A stretch of DNA of 64,000 nt from Clostridia bacterium (GCA_017520825.1 JAFXEX010000014.1:69118-133117), one strand, 5' to 3'; counted from the stretch's first letter, positions 8,500 through 18,484 are shown. The notes: generated by a model not told the origin, from the letters alone. Translations and numbers: made by a program.

Positions 8500-9459
8500 A
8501 TGTTATTAGCTGACAGCTTAGTAGAGGCATTGAGTTATACTGACTTGTATAATAAATTATCTGGAGTTAAGGTTTTTTGCGAAGAATCCGTTCGTGATGA
8601 GGCAAAGGGGTGTTTTTTAACCGAATTTGAAAAAGAGTGGCAAAATGCGTTAGAAAAAGCCGAAGAGGAATACGGAGAACTTGAAGAGGATGAGGAAAAT
8701 ATTCCATGTGAAATAATTGATAAAAATTATGGTTTTTTCATATCAACCGATGGTTTAGATATTCGACATTCTTATGGTGATTATTTCGCCCCTGATTATG
8801 GCATTGTCGCTTTTAATCAGGCACTAAAAAACTTAAAAAGTACTTATTCTCAAATTGAGTATGAAGGATATTTAGGATTTTTGTATTCTGATGTGTCTGC
8901 GGGAGAAGTGTATCAATGGGAGTTGTCTTCTAAAGAGAAAGATGACAAAAAAATATATGATTTTGTTGGTGAGATTTTAGGTGAAGTTTTTGCATCAGAC
9001 TTATATATCCCCGAAGAGCCACTGGATGCTGATGGATTGAATTTTGTAATAACAGGAAAATTGAATCATTTTGAAAACAGAGAAGAAATATCTGAATATA
9101 TTGAAGATTTAGGAGGAAGTGTTACAAGCGGTATCTCTAAAAACACTAATTATTTAATCAATAATGATATAAATTCCACTTCGTCAAAAAATATTAAAGC
9201 AACTGAGTTGGGTGTTCCTATTATTAGCGAAAGTGAATTTATAGCAATGTTTGGTGATCCAAGTGAATTTGATATAGAAGAATCAGACTTTTGGAGAAGT
9301 TTAGAAGAGAGTATTACGGGATATAATGATGATTCTGCAGAAGTAACGGAGAATCTATATGCATATTCAAATTGGATAAAAAAAGCTGATTTTGATAGGG
9401 CTATAAGATCAATTGCTCACATTGTAGGTGAAGAGGAAGATAACGATTGGGATGAATAG
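8500..9459 (+). CDS. Acidic protein with a BRCT domain (LigA-C-terminus-like)
   Basis: An AAGGAGAAG RBS is present. The segment GLNFVITGKLNHFENREEISEYIEDLGGSVTSGISKNTNYLI...ATELGVPIISESEFIAMF follows the bacterial BRCT pattern of NAD-ligase C-termini. The flanks are very acidic. Confidence 0.75.
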   Translation: MLLADSLVEALSYTDLYNKLSGVKVFCEESVRDEAKGCFLTEFEKEWQNALEKAEEEYGELEEDEENIPCEIIDKNYGFFISTDGLDIRHSYGDYFAPDYGIVAFNQALKNLKSTYSQIEYEGYLGFLYSDVSAGEVYQWELSSKEKDDKKIYDFVGEILGEVFASDLYIPEEPLDADGLNFVITGKLNHFENREEISEYIEDLGGSVTSGISKNTNYLINNDINSTSSKNIKATELGVPIISESEFIAMFGDPSEFDIEESDFWRSLEESITGYNDDSAEVTENLYAYSNWIKKADFDRAIRSIAHIVGEEEDNDWDE

Positions 9460-9540
9460 AAATATGTTCTAACATAATAATCTTATGAGTCCGTTGATTA
9501 TATCGATGAAATAAAGCACCACAAAATGAACATAGAAAAA

Positions 9541-9579
9541 CCTACCGCCTAAGCCGTTATGACTTAGGTGGTAGGTTTT
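9541..9579. terminator. Bidirectional rho-independent terminator at the island/tRNA junction
   Basis: The stem CCTACCGCCTAAG / CTTAGGTGGTAGG (one G.U pair) is flanked by AAAAA on the 5' side and TTTT on the 3' side. Confidence 0.7.
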
Positions 9580-9632
9580 CTGTAAATGCAAAGACATTCT
9601 TCACAATGTGCAAGGTTCGTCTTTGCGTGTTT

Positions 9633-9707
9633 TGGTGACCCGTACGGGAATCGAACCCATGATTCCACCTTGAGAGGGTGGCGTCTTAGCCGCTTGACCA
9701 ACAGGCC
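9633..9707 (-). tRNA. tRNA-Glu (anticodon CUC), CCA encoded
   Basis: The reverse complement GGCCTGTTGGTCAAGCGGCTAAGACGCCACCCTCTCAAGGTGGAATCATGGGTTCGATTCCCGTACGGGTCACCA folds as a cloverleaf. It has a 7-bp acceptor stem, anticodon stem CCACC/GGTGG, loop CTCTCAA and a GGTTCGATTCC T-loop. Confidence 0.9.
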
Positions 9708-9804
9708 TTATAGTGTGCCCTTCAGCACGCTATATATTATCATAAAATTTGTGAATTGTCAAGAGGGAATTTGAGAAAAGTTCTAATGTAGGAACCTTAT
9801 ATTT

Positions 9805-10145
9805 ATAAGGCGGGAGTTTTGGAGGGAAAATCGTCAATTGCGAAGCCGTCTCCGACTCACTACACCCTCACACACTGTTCGGGTTTCGTTCCCTGTATGG
9901 CTTGAATTTTTGCTCGATTCGCTAATTCGCTACTCGGCAAAAATCCTCCGCACAGCCGTACAAAGGTACGCCAGTGCGAGCAAGGGGCGAAGAAAATGAA
10001 ATTTTCACAGATGGGAGAAAGCGAAGCTTTCTACATTGGAAAACTTGCAACGCACGTGATGTGTGTCGCACCATACTTTAGTGAGAAACCTTGCAGAAAA
10101 TCATAAAACCTTTTCATTTTCGGTTTTCACCCAAAAGACACGCCA
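9805..10145 (+). mobile_element. L element copy 1 (MITE-like), carrying a nested N element
   Basis: It shares the ...GGCGGGAGTTTTGGAGGGAAAATCG... left end, the GAAGAAAATGAAATTTTCACAGATGG.AGAAAGCGAAGCTTTCTAC core and the TTTTCATTTTCGGTTTTCACCCAAAAGACACGCC right end with other copies. It ends 1 nt from the hemW stop codon. Confidence 0.8.
9850..9954 (+). repeat. N element copy 1 (~105 bp) inserted inside L copy 1
   Basis: It interrupts GAAGCCGT|AGCCGTAC of the L consensus. It is near-identical, in reverse complement, to 29547-29651. Confidence 0.8.
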
Positions 10146-11261
10146 TCAAAGAGCTTCAAAAATTTTCACAATTACAGAATTTGAAACGAAGAAGCCCTTA
10201 TGGGTAAGGGAAAGAACGCCGTTGTCATATTTGCAAAGCCCTGCGTCTACAAGCTCTCTTGCCGTTATTTCAAATTGGTGGGTAATTCTTACGCCGTATT
10301 CCTTTTCAAGCCGTTGAAGGTTCAGACCGTCACTCAGACGGAGGGACAGAAAGATAAACTCCTCGGCTCTGTCCTCGGGGGTATTGGTGTAGCTGTCAAG
10401 GCGCCTTGCCTCGTTACAAAAGGCTGAAATATCCGAGGGCATAGAATATCGCACGCCTTCAAAATAGGAATGAGCTGACGCACCTATCCCTATATATTCC
10501 TCTGCCTGCCAATACTTCATATTGTGTCGGGAACGGAAGCCGTCTTTTGCAAAATTTGATATTTCATAATGCTCGAAGCCTGCCTGCGAAAGCCTTTCGC
10601 AGGCCGAAAAATACATCTCTGCTTCAACGTCCTCGTCGGGAAGAAATAGATTTTCACCACGCCTTTGCTTTACGCCGAAAACGGTCTTGTCCTCTATGCT
10701 CAATGCATACGTGGAAATATGCTGTACTCCCAATGATAGGGCAGTGTCAAGCCCCTTGGTAAAGCTGTCAAGGGTCTGACGCGGGAGGGCGAACATAAGG
10801 TCTATTGAAATATTATCAAAGCCAGCCTCTTGCGCTCTTTTTACAGTGTCAACGGCATCTTGGGCAGTGTGTCCTCTGCCAAGCTCCTTAAGCTCGGTGT
10901 CCGAAAAGCTCTGAACACCAAGGCTGAGTCGGTTAATTCCTGCCGATTTAAAGGCTTTCAGCTTTTCGCCCTCGTTTACCGACATGGGATTTGCTTCAAG
11001 GGTTATTTCGGCGTTTTTGTCCACGTCAAAGGAAGTGTAGACGGCATCAAGCAGTTTTTCAAGCTCGCTCCCACTCATCAGGGAGGGGGTGCCACCACCG
11101 AAATAGACGGTATCAACAGATATTCCTTTATAAGCCTTTATTTCACGGCAGAGAGCGTCAATATACTCGCCCTTGCGTGAGCCGTCAGCCAGAGAATAAA
11201 AGTCACAGTAATTGCACTTCTTACGGCAAAAGGGGAAGTGGATATAGAGTCCCTTATTCAT
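10146..11261 (-). CDS. hemW: Radical SAM heme chaperone HemW / coproporphyrinogen-III-oxidase-like
   Basis: It contains the canonical [13 protein letters not shown] (CX3CX2C) motif and lies downstream of lepA, as in Bacillus. I place the start at the ATG at 11261 (MNKGLYIHF...), which overlaps the lepA stop (ATGAATAA). The longer listed ORF runs antisense-free through the lepA 3' end. Confidence 0.85.
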   Translation of the reverse strand: MNKGLYIHFPFCRKKCNYCDFYSLADGSRKGEYIDALCREIKAYKGISVDTVYFGGGTPSLMSGSELEKLLDAVYTSFDVDKNAEITLEANPMSVNEGEKLKAFKSAGINRLSLGVQSFSDTELKELGRGHTAQDAVDTVKRAQEAGFDNISIDLMFALPRQTLDSFTKGLDTALSLGVQHISTYALSIEDKTVFGVKQRRGENLFLPDEDVEAEMYFSACERLSQAGFEHYEISNFAKDGFRSRHNMKYWQAEEYIGIGASAHSYFEGVRYSMPSDISAFCNEARRLDSYTNTPEDRAEEFIFLSLRLSDGLNLQRLEKEYGVRITHQFEITARELVDAGLCKYDNGVLSLTHKGFFVSNSVIVKIFEAL

Positions 11262-13062
11262 CGTCAAATTTAAGCACTGCCATAAACGCCTCGTGGGGCA
11301 CTTCAACGGTACCCAGTGAGCGCATCTTCTTTTTACCCTCTTTTTGCTTTTCAAGAAGCTTCTTCTTACGGGTAATGTCACCACCGTAGCACTTGGCAAG
11401 CACGTCTTTTCTCATTGCCTTTACGGTCTCTCTTGCAATAACCTTACCACCGATTGCTGCCTGAACGGGAATTTCAAAGAGCTGACGGGGAATGTTTTCC
11501 TTTAATTTTTCAACGATTTTACGGGCTCTGCCGTATGCCTTTTCCGTATGGACGATAAAGGAGAGAGCGTCCACCATGCTTCCGTTGAGAAGAATGTCAA
11601 GCTTTACAAGGCTGGACTTTTCATAGCCTGCAAGCTCGTAGTCAAGGGAAGCGTAGCCCTTGGTGCGAGATTTGAGAGCGTCGAAAAAGTCGTATATGAT
11701 TTCGTTAAGGGGAAGTGCGTAGTGAAGCTCGGCACGGTCCGAGGTAATGTACTTCATATCCTTGAATACACCTCGTCTCTCCTGACAAAGCTCCATTATA
11801 GTGCCTACGTAGTCAACGGGGGTGAAGATGGTCGCTTTTACGATAGGCTCGCAGGTTTCCTCTGCCTCGTCACCTGTAGGGAAGTTTTGTGGGTTGTCGA
11901 TGTATTTGACCTCGCCGTTCTTCATAACGATTTTATAAATAACGCCGGGTGCCGTGGTAATAAGGTCCAGATTGAACTCACGCTCAAGTCTGTCCTGAAT
12001 AACCTCCATATGCAGAAGTCCGAGAAATCCACATCTGAAGCCAAAGCCCAGAGCTATTGAGCTTTCTGCCTCAAACATAAGGGCAGCGTCGTTGAGCTGA
12101 AGCTTTTCAAGAGCGTCTCTCAAATCGCCGTATCTTGCGCCGTCGGCAGGGTAGATGCCACTGTAAACCATGGGGAGAGCCTTTTTGTAGCCGGGGAAGG
12201 CTTCCTCGGTTTGATTTTCTGCAAGGGTTACGGTGTCGCCAACGTCGGTTTCGGAAAGTGATTTTATGCTGGCTGTGACGTATGCAACCTCACCTGCCAT
12301 AACGCAGTCACGCTTTTCAAGACCGAAGGGGCGAAGATGTCCAACCTCCACCACGTCGAATTCTGCGCCCGTGTTCATCATACGGATTCTGTCTCCTGCC
12401 GAAAGCTTGCCGTCAAAAATTCTCACGTAAACTATAACGCCTCGGTAGGAGTCGTAAACGGCATCGAAGATAAGAGCCTTCAAGGGCTTGGTTATATCAG
12501 CCTTGGGGGCAGGAATATCCCTTACTACTGCCTTTAAAACGTCCTCTACGTTAAGTCCCGTCTTTGCTGAAATGCAGGGCGCATCCTCGGCAGGTATGCC
12601 GATAACGTCCTCGATTTCCTGCTTCACCTTGTCGGGCTGGGCAGAGGGCAGGTCGATTTTATTGATAACGGGGATAATTTCAAGGTCGTTGTCAAGGGCG
12701 AGGTAGGTGTTGGCAAGGGTTTGCGCTTCAATTCCCTGTGACGCGTCAACCACCAGCAGAGCGCCCTCGCAGGCAGACAGTGAGCGTGACACCTCGTAGT
12801 TAAAGTCAACGTGACCGGGGGTGTCGATAAGGTTGAGGGAATATACCTCACCGTCGTCAGCCGTATATTCAAGCTTAACGGCGCGCGCCTTGATGGTGAT
12901 GCCTCTCTCTCTTTCAAGCTCCATATTGTCCAGAAGCTGTTCCTCCATCTCACGATGGCTGACGGTACCCGTAGTCTCTAAAAGACGGTCTGCCAGAGTG
13001 CTTTTACCGTGGTCAATATGTGCGATTATTGAAAAATTCCTGATGTTTTCGGGTTTGTACAT
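11254..13062 (-). CDS. lepA: Elongation factor 4 (LepA)
   Basis: It has the [16 protein letters not shown]1 motif, DTPGHVDF, and a full-length 602-aa LepA-type sequence. Confidence 0.95.
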   Translation of the reverse strand: MYKPENIRNFSIIAHIDHGKSTLADRLLETTGTVSHREMEEQLLDNMELERERGITIKARAVKLEYTADDGEVYSLNLIDTPGHVDFNYEVSRSLSACEGALLVVDASQGIEAQTLANTYLALDNDLEIIPVINKIDLPSAQPDKVKQEIEDVIGIPAEDAPCISAKTGLNVEDVLKAVVRDIPAPKADITKPLKALIFDAVYDSYRGVIVYVRIFDGKLSAGDRIRMMNTGAEFDVVEVGHLRPFGLEKRDCVMAGEVAYVTASIKSLSETDVGDTVTLAENQTEEAFPGYKKALPMVYSGIYPADGARYGDLRDALEKLQLNDAALMFEAESSIALGFGFRCGFLGLLHMEVIQDRLEREFNLDLITTAPGVIYKIVMKNGEVKYIDNPQNFPTGDEAEETCEPIVKATIFTPVDYVGTIMELCQERRGVFKDMKYITSDRAELHYALPLNEIIYDFFDALKSRTKGYASLDYELAGYEKSSLVKLDILLNGSMVDALSFIVHTEKAYGRARKIVEKLKENIPRQLFEIPVQAAIGGKVIARETVKAMRKDVLAKCYGGDITRKKKLLEKQKEGKKKMRSLGTVEVPHEAFMAVLKFDDE

Positions 13063-13101
13063 CTATTTTCCTCTATATAAATAAAATTAATTTTAAAATT
13101 C

Positions 13102-13129
13102 AAGGGGTGTCGCAAAAGCGTCACCCCTT
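13102..13129. terminator. Stem-loop terminator between the ferredoxin gene and lepA
   Basis: AAGGGGTGTCGC-AAAA-GCGTCACCCCTT is flanked by T/A runs on both sides. Confidence 0.6.
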
Positions 13130-13151
13130 TTATTTTCGGACGTGCCGAAAA

Positions 13152-13337
13152 TTACTCAGCCTTGGGAGCTTCAACAGGGCAAACGCCTGCGCAAGTACCG
13201 CAATCGATGCACTGATCTGCATCAATAACAGCCTTTCCGTCACCTTCGCTGATACATTCAACGGGGCACTCGCCGATGCAAGCACCGCAGTCGATGCAAT
13301 CGTCTGTGATTTTGTAAGCCATTGTAGTTACCTCCAT
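13152..13337 (-). CDS. 2x[4Fe-4S] ferredoxin (61 aa)
   Basis: It has two CxxCxxCxxxCP motifs (CIDCGACIGECP and CIDCGTCAGVCP). Confidence 0.9.
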   Translation of the reverse strand: MEVTTMAYKITDDCIDCGACIGECPVECISEGDGKAVIDADQCIDCGTCAGVCPVEAPKAE

Positions 13338-13422
13338 TTCTCTGTTTTCACACTATTGTAGCACATAAGTTTAATAATATAAATAGATTTTTGAAAAATT
13401 TTTCAATTTTTTCAAAAATTTA

Positions 13423-14337
13423 TTATTCAATTTCCTCGTCAAGCTCGTTTTCCTCCTGAGGAGAGGGCTTCTTGGCGCTGAGCACCTTAACCTGTTCACG
13501 AATGAACTGAACGGGGGAAGCGTCCTTGTTGGAGTCGAGACTGACCTTTATAATGCCTGCAAGGGGATTTGCATCAACAACCATACCCTTGCCCGAGGGT
13601 GTAGAAACGATAGAGCCGACGCGAGGCGTTTTTCTGATTTCCTCCTCGTAGGTGTCGTTTTCATATCTGAGACAGCACATAAGTCTTCCACAGGTGCCCG
13701 ATATTTTGGCAGAGTTAAGGCTGAGTCCCTGCTCCTTTGCCATCTTTATTGAAACCTGGTCGAAGTCGGACAGGAAGGAGTGGCAGCAGAATTCTCTTCC
13801 ACAGATACCAAGTCCACCAAGCTGCTTGGCTTCGTCACGAACACCTATCTGACGCAACTCAATTCTGGTTTTGAATACGGCTGCAAGGTCCTTTACAAAT
13901 TCTCTGAAATCAACTCTGCCCTCAGAGGTGAAATAGAAGAGGAGCTTTGAGTTGTCGAAGGTCATTTCGGCGTCAACCAAGTCCATTTCAAGCTTGTGCT
14001 GAACGCACTTTTCCTTAAAAATCGCCTTTGCGCGCTCGGCAACAGCCTCGTTTTCCACAAGCCTTCTGGTGTCGTCCTCGGTAGCCTTGCGCAATACCTT
14101 CTTAAGAGGCAGAACCACCTCGGAGGCAGGCACCGTCTTGTTGGCAACCAGCACGTGTCCGTATTCAACGCCACGTGAGGTTTCAACGATTGCCTTGTCG
14201 CCTACGGTAAAGGTAAGGGAGTTGGGGTCAAAATAATAGATTTTTCCCACTTCCTTAAATCTTATGCCGATTATTTCGTAGCTTTCCTTTACTTCTGCTA
14301 CTTCTGTATTCTCTACGTTTACGTTAGTGTTTTCCAT
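13423..14337 (-). CDS. ricT: PSP1-domain protein (RicT/YaaT family)
   Basis: It has a PSP1 C-terminal Cys-rich region (GICGREFCCHSF, GTCGRLMCCLRYE) and lies directly downstream of holB, as in B. subtilis. The start is set at MENTNVNV (14337) because the longer ORF overlaps holB. Confidence 0.8.
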   Translation of the reverse strand: MENTNVNVENTEVAEVKESYEIIGIRFKEVGKIYYFDPNSLTFTVGDKAIVETSRGVEYGHVLVANKTVPASEVVLPLKKVLRKATEDDTRRLVENEAVAERAKAIFKEKCVQHKLEMDLVDAEMTFDNSKLLFYFTSEGRVDFREFVKDLAAVFKTRIELRQIGVRDEAKQLGGLGICGREFCCHSFLSDFDQVSIKMAKEQGLSLNSAKISGTCGRLMCCLRYENDTYEEEIRKTPRVGSIVSTPSGKGMVVDANPLAGIIKVSLDSNKDASPVQFIREQVKVLSAKKPSPQEENELDEEIE

Positions 14338-14363
14338 TTGATTTATATCCTTTTTGAAAAAAT

Positions 14364-15320
14364 TCAAGCAAAATCCCCTGCAAGAGACATATTGACGCTG
14401 GAAAGAGCCAGCGATACGTTTATTTTCGACACGTCTCTCATTATACGACACACGGTTTCGTATGCCGAAAACAGCCTTTGTCTGTCCAGCCCCTGAGACA
14501 GCTCTTCAAGAAGGCTTCTGTCTGCAAAGAACATGGTTTTCTCGGTATATCCAACCGAAAAGGTCAATATATCACGAAGCGCCAGGGAAAAATAATTCAT
14601 TACAGAAAAGAGATAATTTCTGTCGTTTGAAACCGAAGGTGAAATAACCGAGGATAGCCTTGAAAAGCTTGCTCCCTCGTTCACTGCCGAAAAATAGCTT
14701 TTTACAAGGGTAACTGCCTTACGGCTTTTTTCGTCGTCGAGAAAGGCGAACGCCTTACCCAGAGCGCCGTCGGCTATAAGCACTGCTTCCTCAATGAGAG
14801 AGTGGGCGTCGGGATAACGCTTTTTAAGCTCCTCTCTTACGAAGGAATCGGGAAACTTTTCGGTTTTAAGGGTAACTGCCCTTGATTTAAGAGTTGAAAG
14901 GAGAAGATTTCTGTTGGTAACCAGCAGGAAAAACATCACGTTTTTCGGTGGCTCTTCAAATATCTGAAGCAGGGCGTTTTGCGCAGGGGGTACCATCTGT
15001 TGTGCGTTTTCTATTATAAAAATCTTCTTGTCGCACTCGGCAGGCTTTATATAAGCCTGAGAGATAATCTCTCTTATCTGGTCGATTTTTATGGTGGACG
15101 AGCCTTCCTCGCATCTCAATTCATATACGTCCTGATGAACGCCTGCCGTTATCTTGGGGGCGTGCTCTTTTCCTGCAAGGATTGAGGCTATTGCACGGGC
15201 GAGGGTAAGTCTTCCACTTCCCACAGCCCCCTCTATAATGTAGGCGTGGCTGAAGCGTCCCGTGTCGGCCACTGCTTCAAAGGCAGAAAGCACCGTCTTA
15301 TTGCCTAAAATAAAGCTCAT
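14364..15320 (-). CDS. holB: DNA polymerase III subunit delta'
   Basis: It shows the AAA+ clamp-loader pattern (HAYIIEGAVGSGRLTLA, ...NALLQIFEEPP) and the conserved darA-holB-ricT context. Confidence 0.85.
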   Translation of the reverse strand: MSFILGNKTVLSAFEAVADTGRFSHAYIIEGAVGSGRLTLARAIASILAGKEHAPKITAGVHQDVYELRCEEGSSTIKIDQIREIISQAYIKPAECDKKIFIIENAQQMVPPAQNALLQIFEEPPKNVMFFLLVTNRNLLLSTLKSRAVTLKTEKFPDSFVREELKKRYPDAHSLIEEAVLIADGALGKAFAFLDDEKSRKAVTLVKSYFSAVNEGASFSRLSSVISPSVSNDRNYLFSVMNYFSLALRDILTFSVGYTEKTMFFADRSLLEELSQGLDRQRLFSAYETVCRIMRDVSKINVSLALSSVNMSLAGDFA

Positions 15321-15646
15321 TATATTCTCTCAAATCTTTCAATGTTTGCAACGAATACCGTGGCGCCACCTATGGTTATCTGTATGGGCGCAACGCTTCC
15401 TCCAAGACTTGCGTCTGCCACTACGTCGGCAGAGGAGGAGTAGGTTCTCTTTTTGCTGTACTTTTTGATTATGTCGATAACCTTGTCAACCTCTTCATCT
15501 TCAACTGCCGTAATGAAGGTGTGGTTGCCTTTTTTGAGAAATCCACCTGTGGACGCCATTTTGGTTACGTGTATACCTGCCTTTATAAGCTGTGAGGATA
15601 CGATGGCGCCGTCATCGTTGTTGACGATAGCAAATATGAGTTTCAT
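15320..15646 (-). CDS. darA: PII-like cyclic-di-AMP receptor (DarA/PstA, YaaQ family)
   Basis: MKLIFAIV...VTKMASTGGFLKKGNHTF...GGATVFV closely follows the B. subtilis YaaQ pattern. Confidence 0.85.
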   Translation of the reverse strand: MKLIFAIVNNDDGAIVSSQLIKAGIHVTKMASTGGFLKKGNHTFITAVEDEEVDKVIDIIKKYSKKRTYSSSADVVADASLGGSVAPIQITIGGATVFVANIERFERI

Positions 15647-15707
15647 TTTTCTCTCCTGTATGTAAGTTTATGTAGGGGAGAATTTACAGAGTAAATCCTC
15701 CTATTGA

Positions 15708-17384
15708 CTATATATCCATAATTATGGGGAGTATCATGGGCTTGCGCTTGGTCTGTGAATAAAGAAGCTTTGTCAGGTCGTCACGAAGGTTGGATTTTAT
15801 GGAGTTGTAGTCGGACATTCCCGAATCAAGAGAGCGTTCTATGGAGGCAAGCGCTGCTGAGCGCACACCGTCCATAAGTCCCTCGGACTCCTTCACGTAG
15901 ACGAAGCCTCTTGATACGATGTCGGGACCCGACAGAATATATCCACCCTCGGTGTCAATCGCCACTACTACCACTATAAGTCCGTCCTGCGCCAGATGCT
16001 TTCTGTCACGGAGAACTACACTTCCAACGTCTCCCACACCCAAGCCGTCAACTAGCACCTTGCCCGAGGGCACGGTCTGTCCGTGCTTGATGGAGCGCGC
16101 GTCAATTTCTATGGTCTTTCCTATTTCGGGAAGGAGAATGTTTTCCTCGGGAATTCCCACCTGCTTTGCAAGCGCCTTATTGCTTGTCAGGTGCTTGTAC
16201 TCGCCGTGCATGGGAACGAAGAAGCGAGGCTTTACCAGCGCCGTAAGAAGCTTTATTTCCTCCTGGCAGGCGTGTCCCGAAACGTGAACGTCGGCAACCT
16301 GATTGTACACTACCTCAACGCCCTTGCGAAGAAGCTCGTTGATTATTCCACTGACAAGCTTTTCGTTGCCCGGAATGGGGGTAGCCGATATTACCACAAG
16401 GTCGTCCTTGCCAAGATTTATTTTAAATCTTTCGTGCTCCGAATAGGTCATTCGGTAGAGGGCGCTCATAGGCTCTCCCTGACTTCCCGTGGTTATGAGA
16501 GTAAGCTGGTCGGGTCGGTAACGCTTCATTTCCTCAATACCGATGAGCATACCCTCGGGTATCTTCATATAGCCCAGACTTACGGCAGCGTTTATGACGT
16601 TTATCATACTTCTGCCCGTAACGGCTATTTTTCTACCGAATTTCTGACTTGCGTTGATTATCTGCTGTACTCTGTGTACGTTAGAGGAGAAGGTTGCGAT
16701 TGTAACTCTCTTCTGCGTGTTTGCAAATATGGTGTCAAGACTGTCTCCAACCTTCTTTTCAGAGGGGGTAAAGCCCTGCCTTTCGGAGTTTGTGGACTCG
16801 CAGAAAAATGCGAGAACACCCTTTTTACCAAGCTCACCAAAGCGTGTCAGGTCGGTCATCTCTCCGTCGATGGGGGTTACGTCTATTTTAAAGTCGCCAC
16901 TGAATATTACCTTTCCCACGGGAGTGCCTATAGCGTACGCCACACTGTCGGCTATGGAGTGATTTACTCTTATTGCCTCAACGGTAAATACTCCTGCCTT
17001 GGCAATGGTACCCGCTTTTATACAATGGAGCTGAGCCACTCTCTCCAGATGATGCTCCTCAAGCTTTTGTGAAAGTATACCGAGAGTGAGCTGTGTAGCG
17101 TAGATGGGTACGTTTACGCTTCTCAGCACGTAGGGGATTGCGCCTATGTGGTCCTCGTGACCGTGAGTCAAAAAGATGGCGCGTATCTTTTCAACGTTTT
17201 TCTCAAGATAGGTTATATCGGGAATTACCAAATCAATTCCCAGCATATCGTCGTCGGGAAAGCCGAGACCACAGTCGATAATGATAATATCGTCGCCGTA
17301 TTCAACTACGGTCAGGTTTTTTCCCACCTCGCCGATTCCACCAAGTGGTGTGATTTTCAGCTTTTGCTTTTTTGTTTTAGCCAT
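15708..17384 (-). CDS. rnj: Ribonuclease J
   Basis: It has the metallo-beta-lactamase motif THGHEDHIGA and a beta-CASP architecture, at the length (558 aa) typical of RNase J. Confidence 0.9.
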   Translation of the reverse strand: MAKTKKQKLKITPLGGIGEVGKNLTVVEYGDDIIIIDCGLGFPDDDMLGIDLVIPDITYLEKNVEKIRAIFLTHGHEDHIGAIPYVLRSVNVPIYATQLTLGILSQKLEEHHLERVAQLHCIKAGTIAKAGVFTVEAIRVNHSIADSVAYAIGTPVGKVIFSGDFKIDVTPIDGEMTDLTRFGELGKKGVLAFFCESTNSERQGFTPSEKKVGDSLDTIFANTQKRVTIATFSSNVHRVQQIINASQKFGRKIAVTGRSMINVINAAVSLGYMKIPEGMLIGIEEMKRYRPDQLTLITTGSQGEPMSALYRMTYSEHERFKINLGKDDLVVISATPIPGNEKLVSGIINELLRKGVEVVYNQVADVHVSGHACQEEIKLLTALVKPRFFVPMHGEYKHLTSNKALAKQVGIPEENILLPEIGKTIEIDARSIKHGQTVPSGKVLVDGLGVGDVGSVVLRDRKHLAQDGLIVVVVAIDTEGGYILSGPDIVSRGFVYVKESEGLMDGVRSAALASIERSLDSGMSDYNSIKSNLRDDLTKLLYSQTKRKPMILPIIMDI

Positions 17385-17404
17385 TTCTGTCCTTTCTGAA
17401 AGGC

Positions 17405-18484
17405 TCAGGTCTCCTCAATCGACACCTGTGAGCCTGCCGTATCACCTGTGTACGAACAGCCCAAATGGTCGTATGCCGCCTTAGTTACGCACCTTCCCCG
17501 AGGGGTACGGGCAAGGAAGCCTATTTGCATCAGATAGGGCTCGTACACGTCTTCAATAGTAACTGCTTCTTCTCCGATGATTGCTGCCAGAGTCTCAAGT
17601 CCGACAGGACCACCGTTGAAGCTTTTGATGATAGACAGAAGCATTCTTCTGTCCGTGTTGTCAAGTCCCAGAGCATCAATTTCAAGCATATTTAGAGAGG
17701 CATCGGCAGTTTCTCTGTCGATAATTCCACCACCCTTAACCTGTGCCCAGTCACGCACACGCTTCAAAAGGCGATTTGCTATACGGGGAGTGCCTCTGCT
17801 TCTTCTTGCAATTTCCATTGCGCCGTCGTGAGTAGTCTCGATACCGAGAATTCCTGCGCTTCGCTCAACTATACCGCAAAGCTCCTCGTCGGTATACAGC
17901 TCGAGACGGTGAATTACGCCGAAACGGTCTCTGAGTGGCGCCGAAAGCTGACCAGCTCTCGTGGTGGCGCCGATAAGTGTAAAATGCTCCAAGGGTATTC
18001 TTATACTTCTTGCCGCAGGTCCCGAGCCTATAATAATGTCAAGAGCGTAGTCCTCCATTGCAGGATAGAGGATTTCCTCAATATTTCGGCTCAACCTGTG
18101 AATTTCGTCGATAAACAGCACGTCGCCCTTTCCGAGATTTGAAAGGAGCGCAGCAAGGTCGCCCTGCTTTTCGATAGCAGGACCCGAGGTGATTCTGAGA
18201 TTTACTCCCATTTCGTTTGCTATTATCGCCGAAAGGGTGGTCTTTCCAAGACCGGGAGGGCCATAGAGCAATATGTGGTCAAGCGCCTCCTCACGAAGCT
18301 TTGCAGCCTCGATGGAGATTTTAAGGCTTTCCTTCGCCTTTTCCTGCCCTATGTATTCTTCGAGAGTTTCGGGACGCAGAGAATTCTCACCGAGTGTACT
18401 GTCCTCCTCGGTTTCAGCAGTGGATATTAATCTGTAATCCTCGTAGCCGTTGTCCTCGGCACCGAAATCGTAATCTCTTTTCAT
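17405..18484 (-). CDS. ruvB: Holliday junction helicase RuvB
   Basis: It has Walker [10 protein letters not shown] and Walker B LFIDEIHR, and sits in a ruvC-ruvA-ruvB cluster. Confidence 0.95.
   Translation of the reverse strand: MKRDYDFGAEDNGYEDYRLISTAETEEDSTLGENSLRPETLEEYIGQEKAKESLKISIEAAKLREEALDHILLYGPPGLGKTTLSAIIANEMGVNLRITSGPAIEKQGDLAALLSNLGKGDVLFIDEIHRLSRNIEEILYPAMEDYALDIIIGSGPAARSIRIPLEHFTLIGATTRAGQLSAPLRDRFGVIHRLELYTDEELCGIVERSAGILGIETTHDGAMEIARRSRGTPRIANRLLKRVRDWAQVKGGGIIDRETADASLNMLEIDALGLDNTDRRMLLSIIKSFNGGPVGLETLAAIIGEEAVTIEDVYEPYLMQIGFLARTPRGRCVTKAAYDHLGCSYTGDTAGSQVSIEET

Noticed and set aside
1-9632. Prophage or ICE annotation for the island (integrase, transposase, structural or conjugation genes).
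   Set aside because: No integrase, recombinase, capsid, tail, terminase, relaxase or T4SS signatures are visible in the 9.6 kb available. The element type therefore cannot be named from this window.
9586-9774. 62-aa ORF overlapping the tRNA-Glu gene.
   Set aside because: It lies antisense to a canonical tRNA and has no RBS, so it is a chance ORF.
16083-17072. Long plus-strand ORFs in the track that lie antisense to well-supported genes. Examples are 16083-17072 within rnj, 34424-35152 and 33776-34381 within polC, 44466-45341 within glgP, 32021-32677 within polC, and 5279-5953 antisense to the 445-aa island gene.
   Set aside because: Each lies entirely inside a gene with unmistakable family motifs on the other strand. 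They have odd composition (rich in Ser, Leu, Val, Gly and Cys), lack RBSs, and are the usual shadow ORFs of GC-balanced or coiled-coil-coding DNA.
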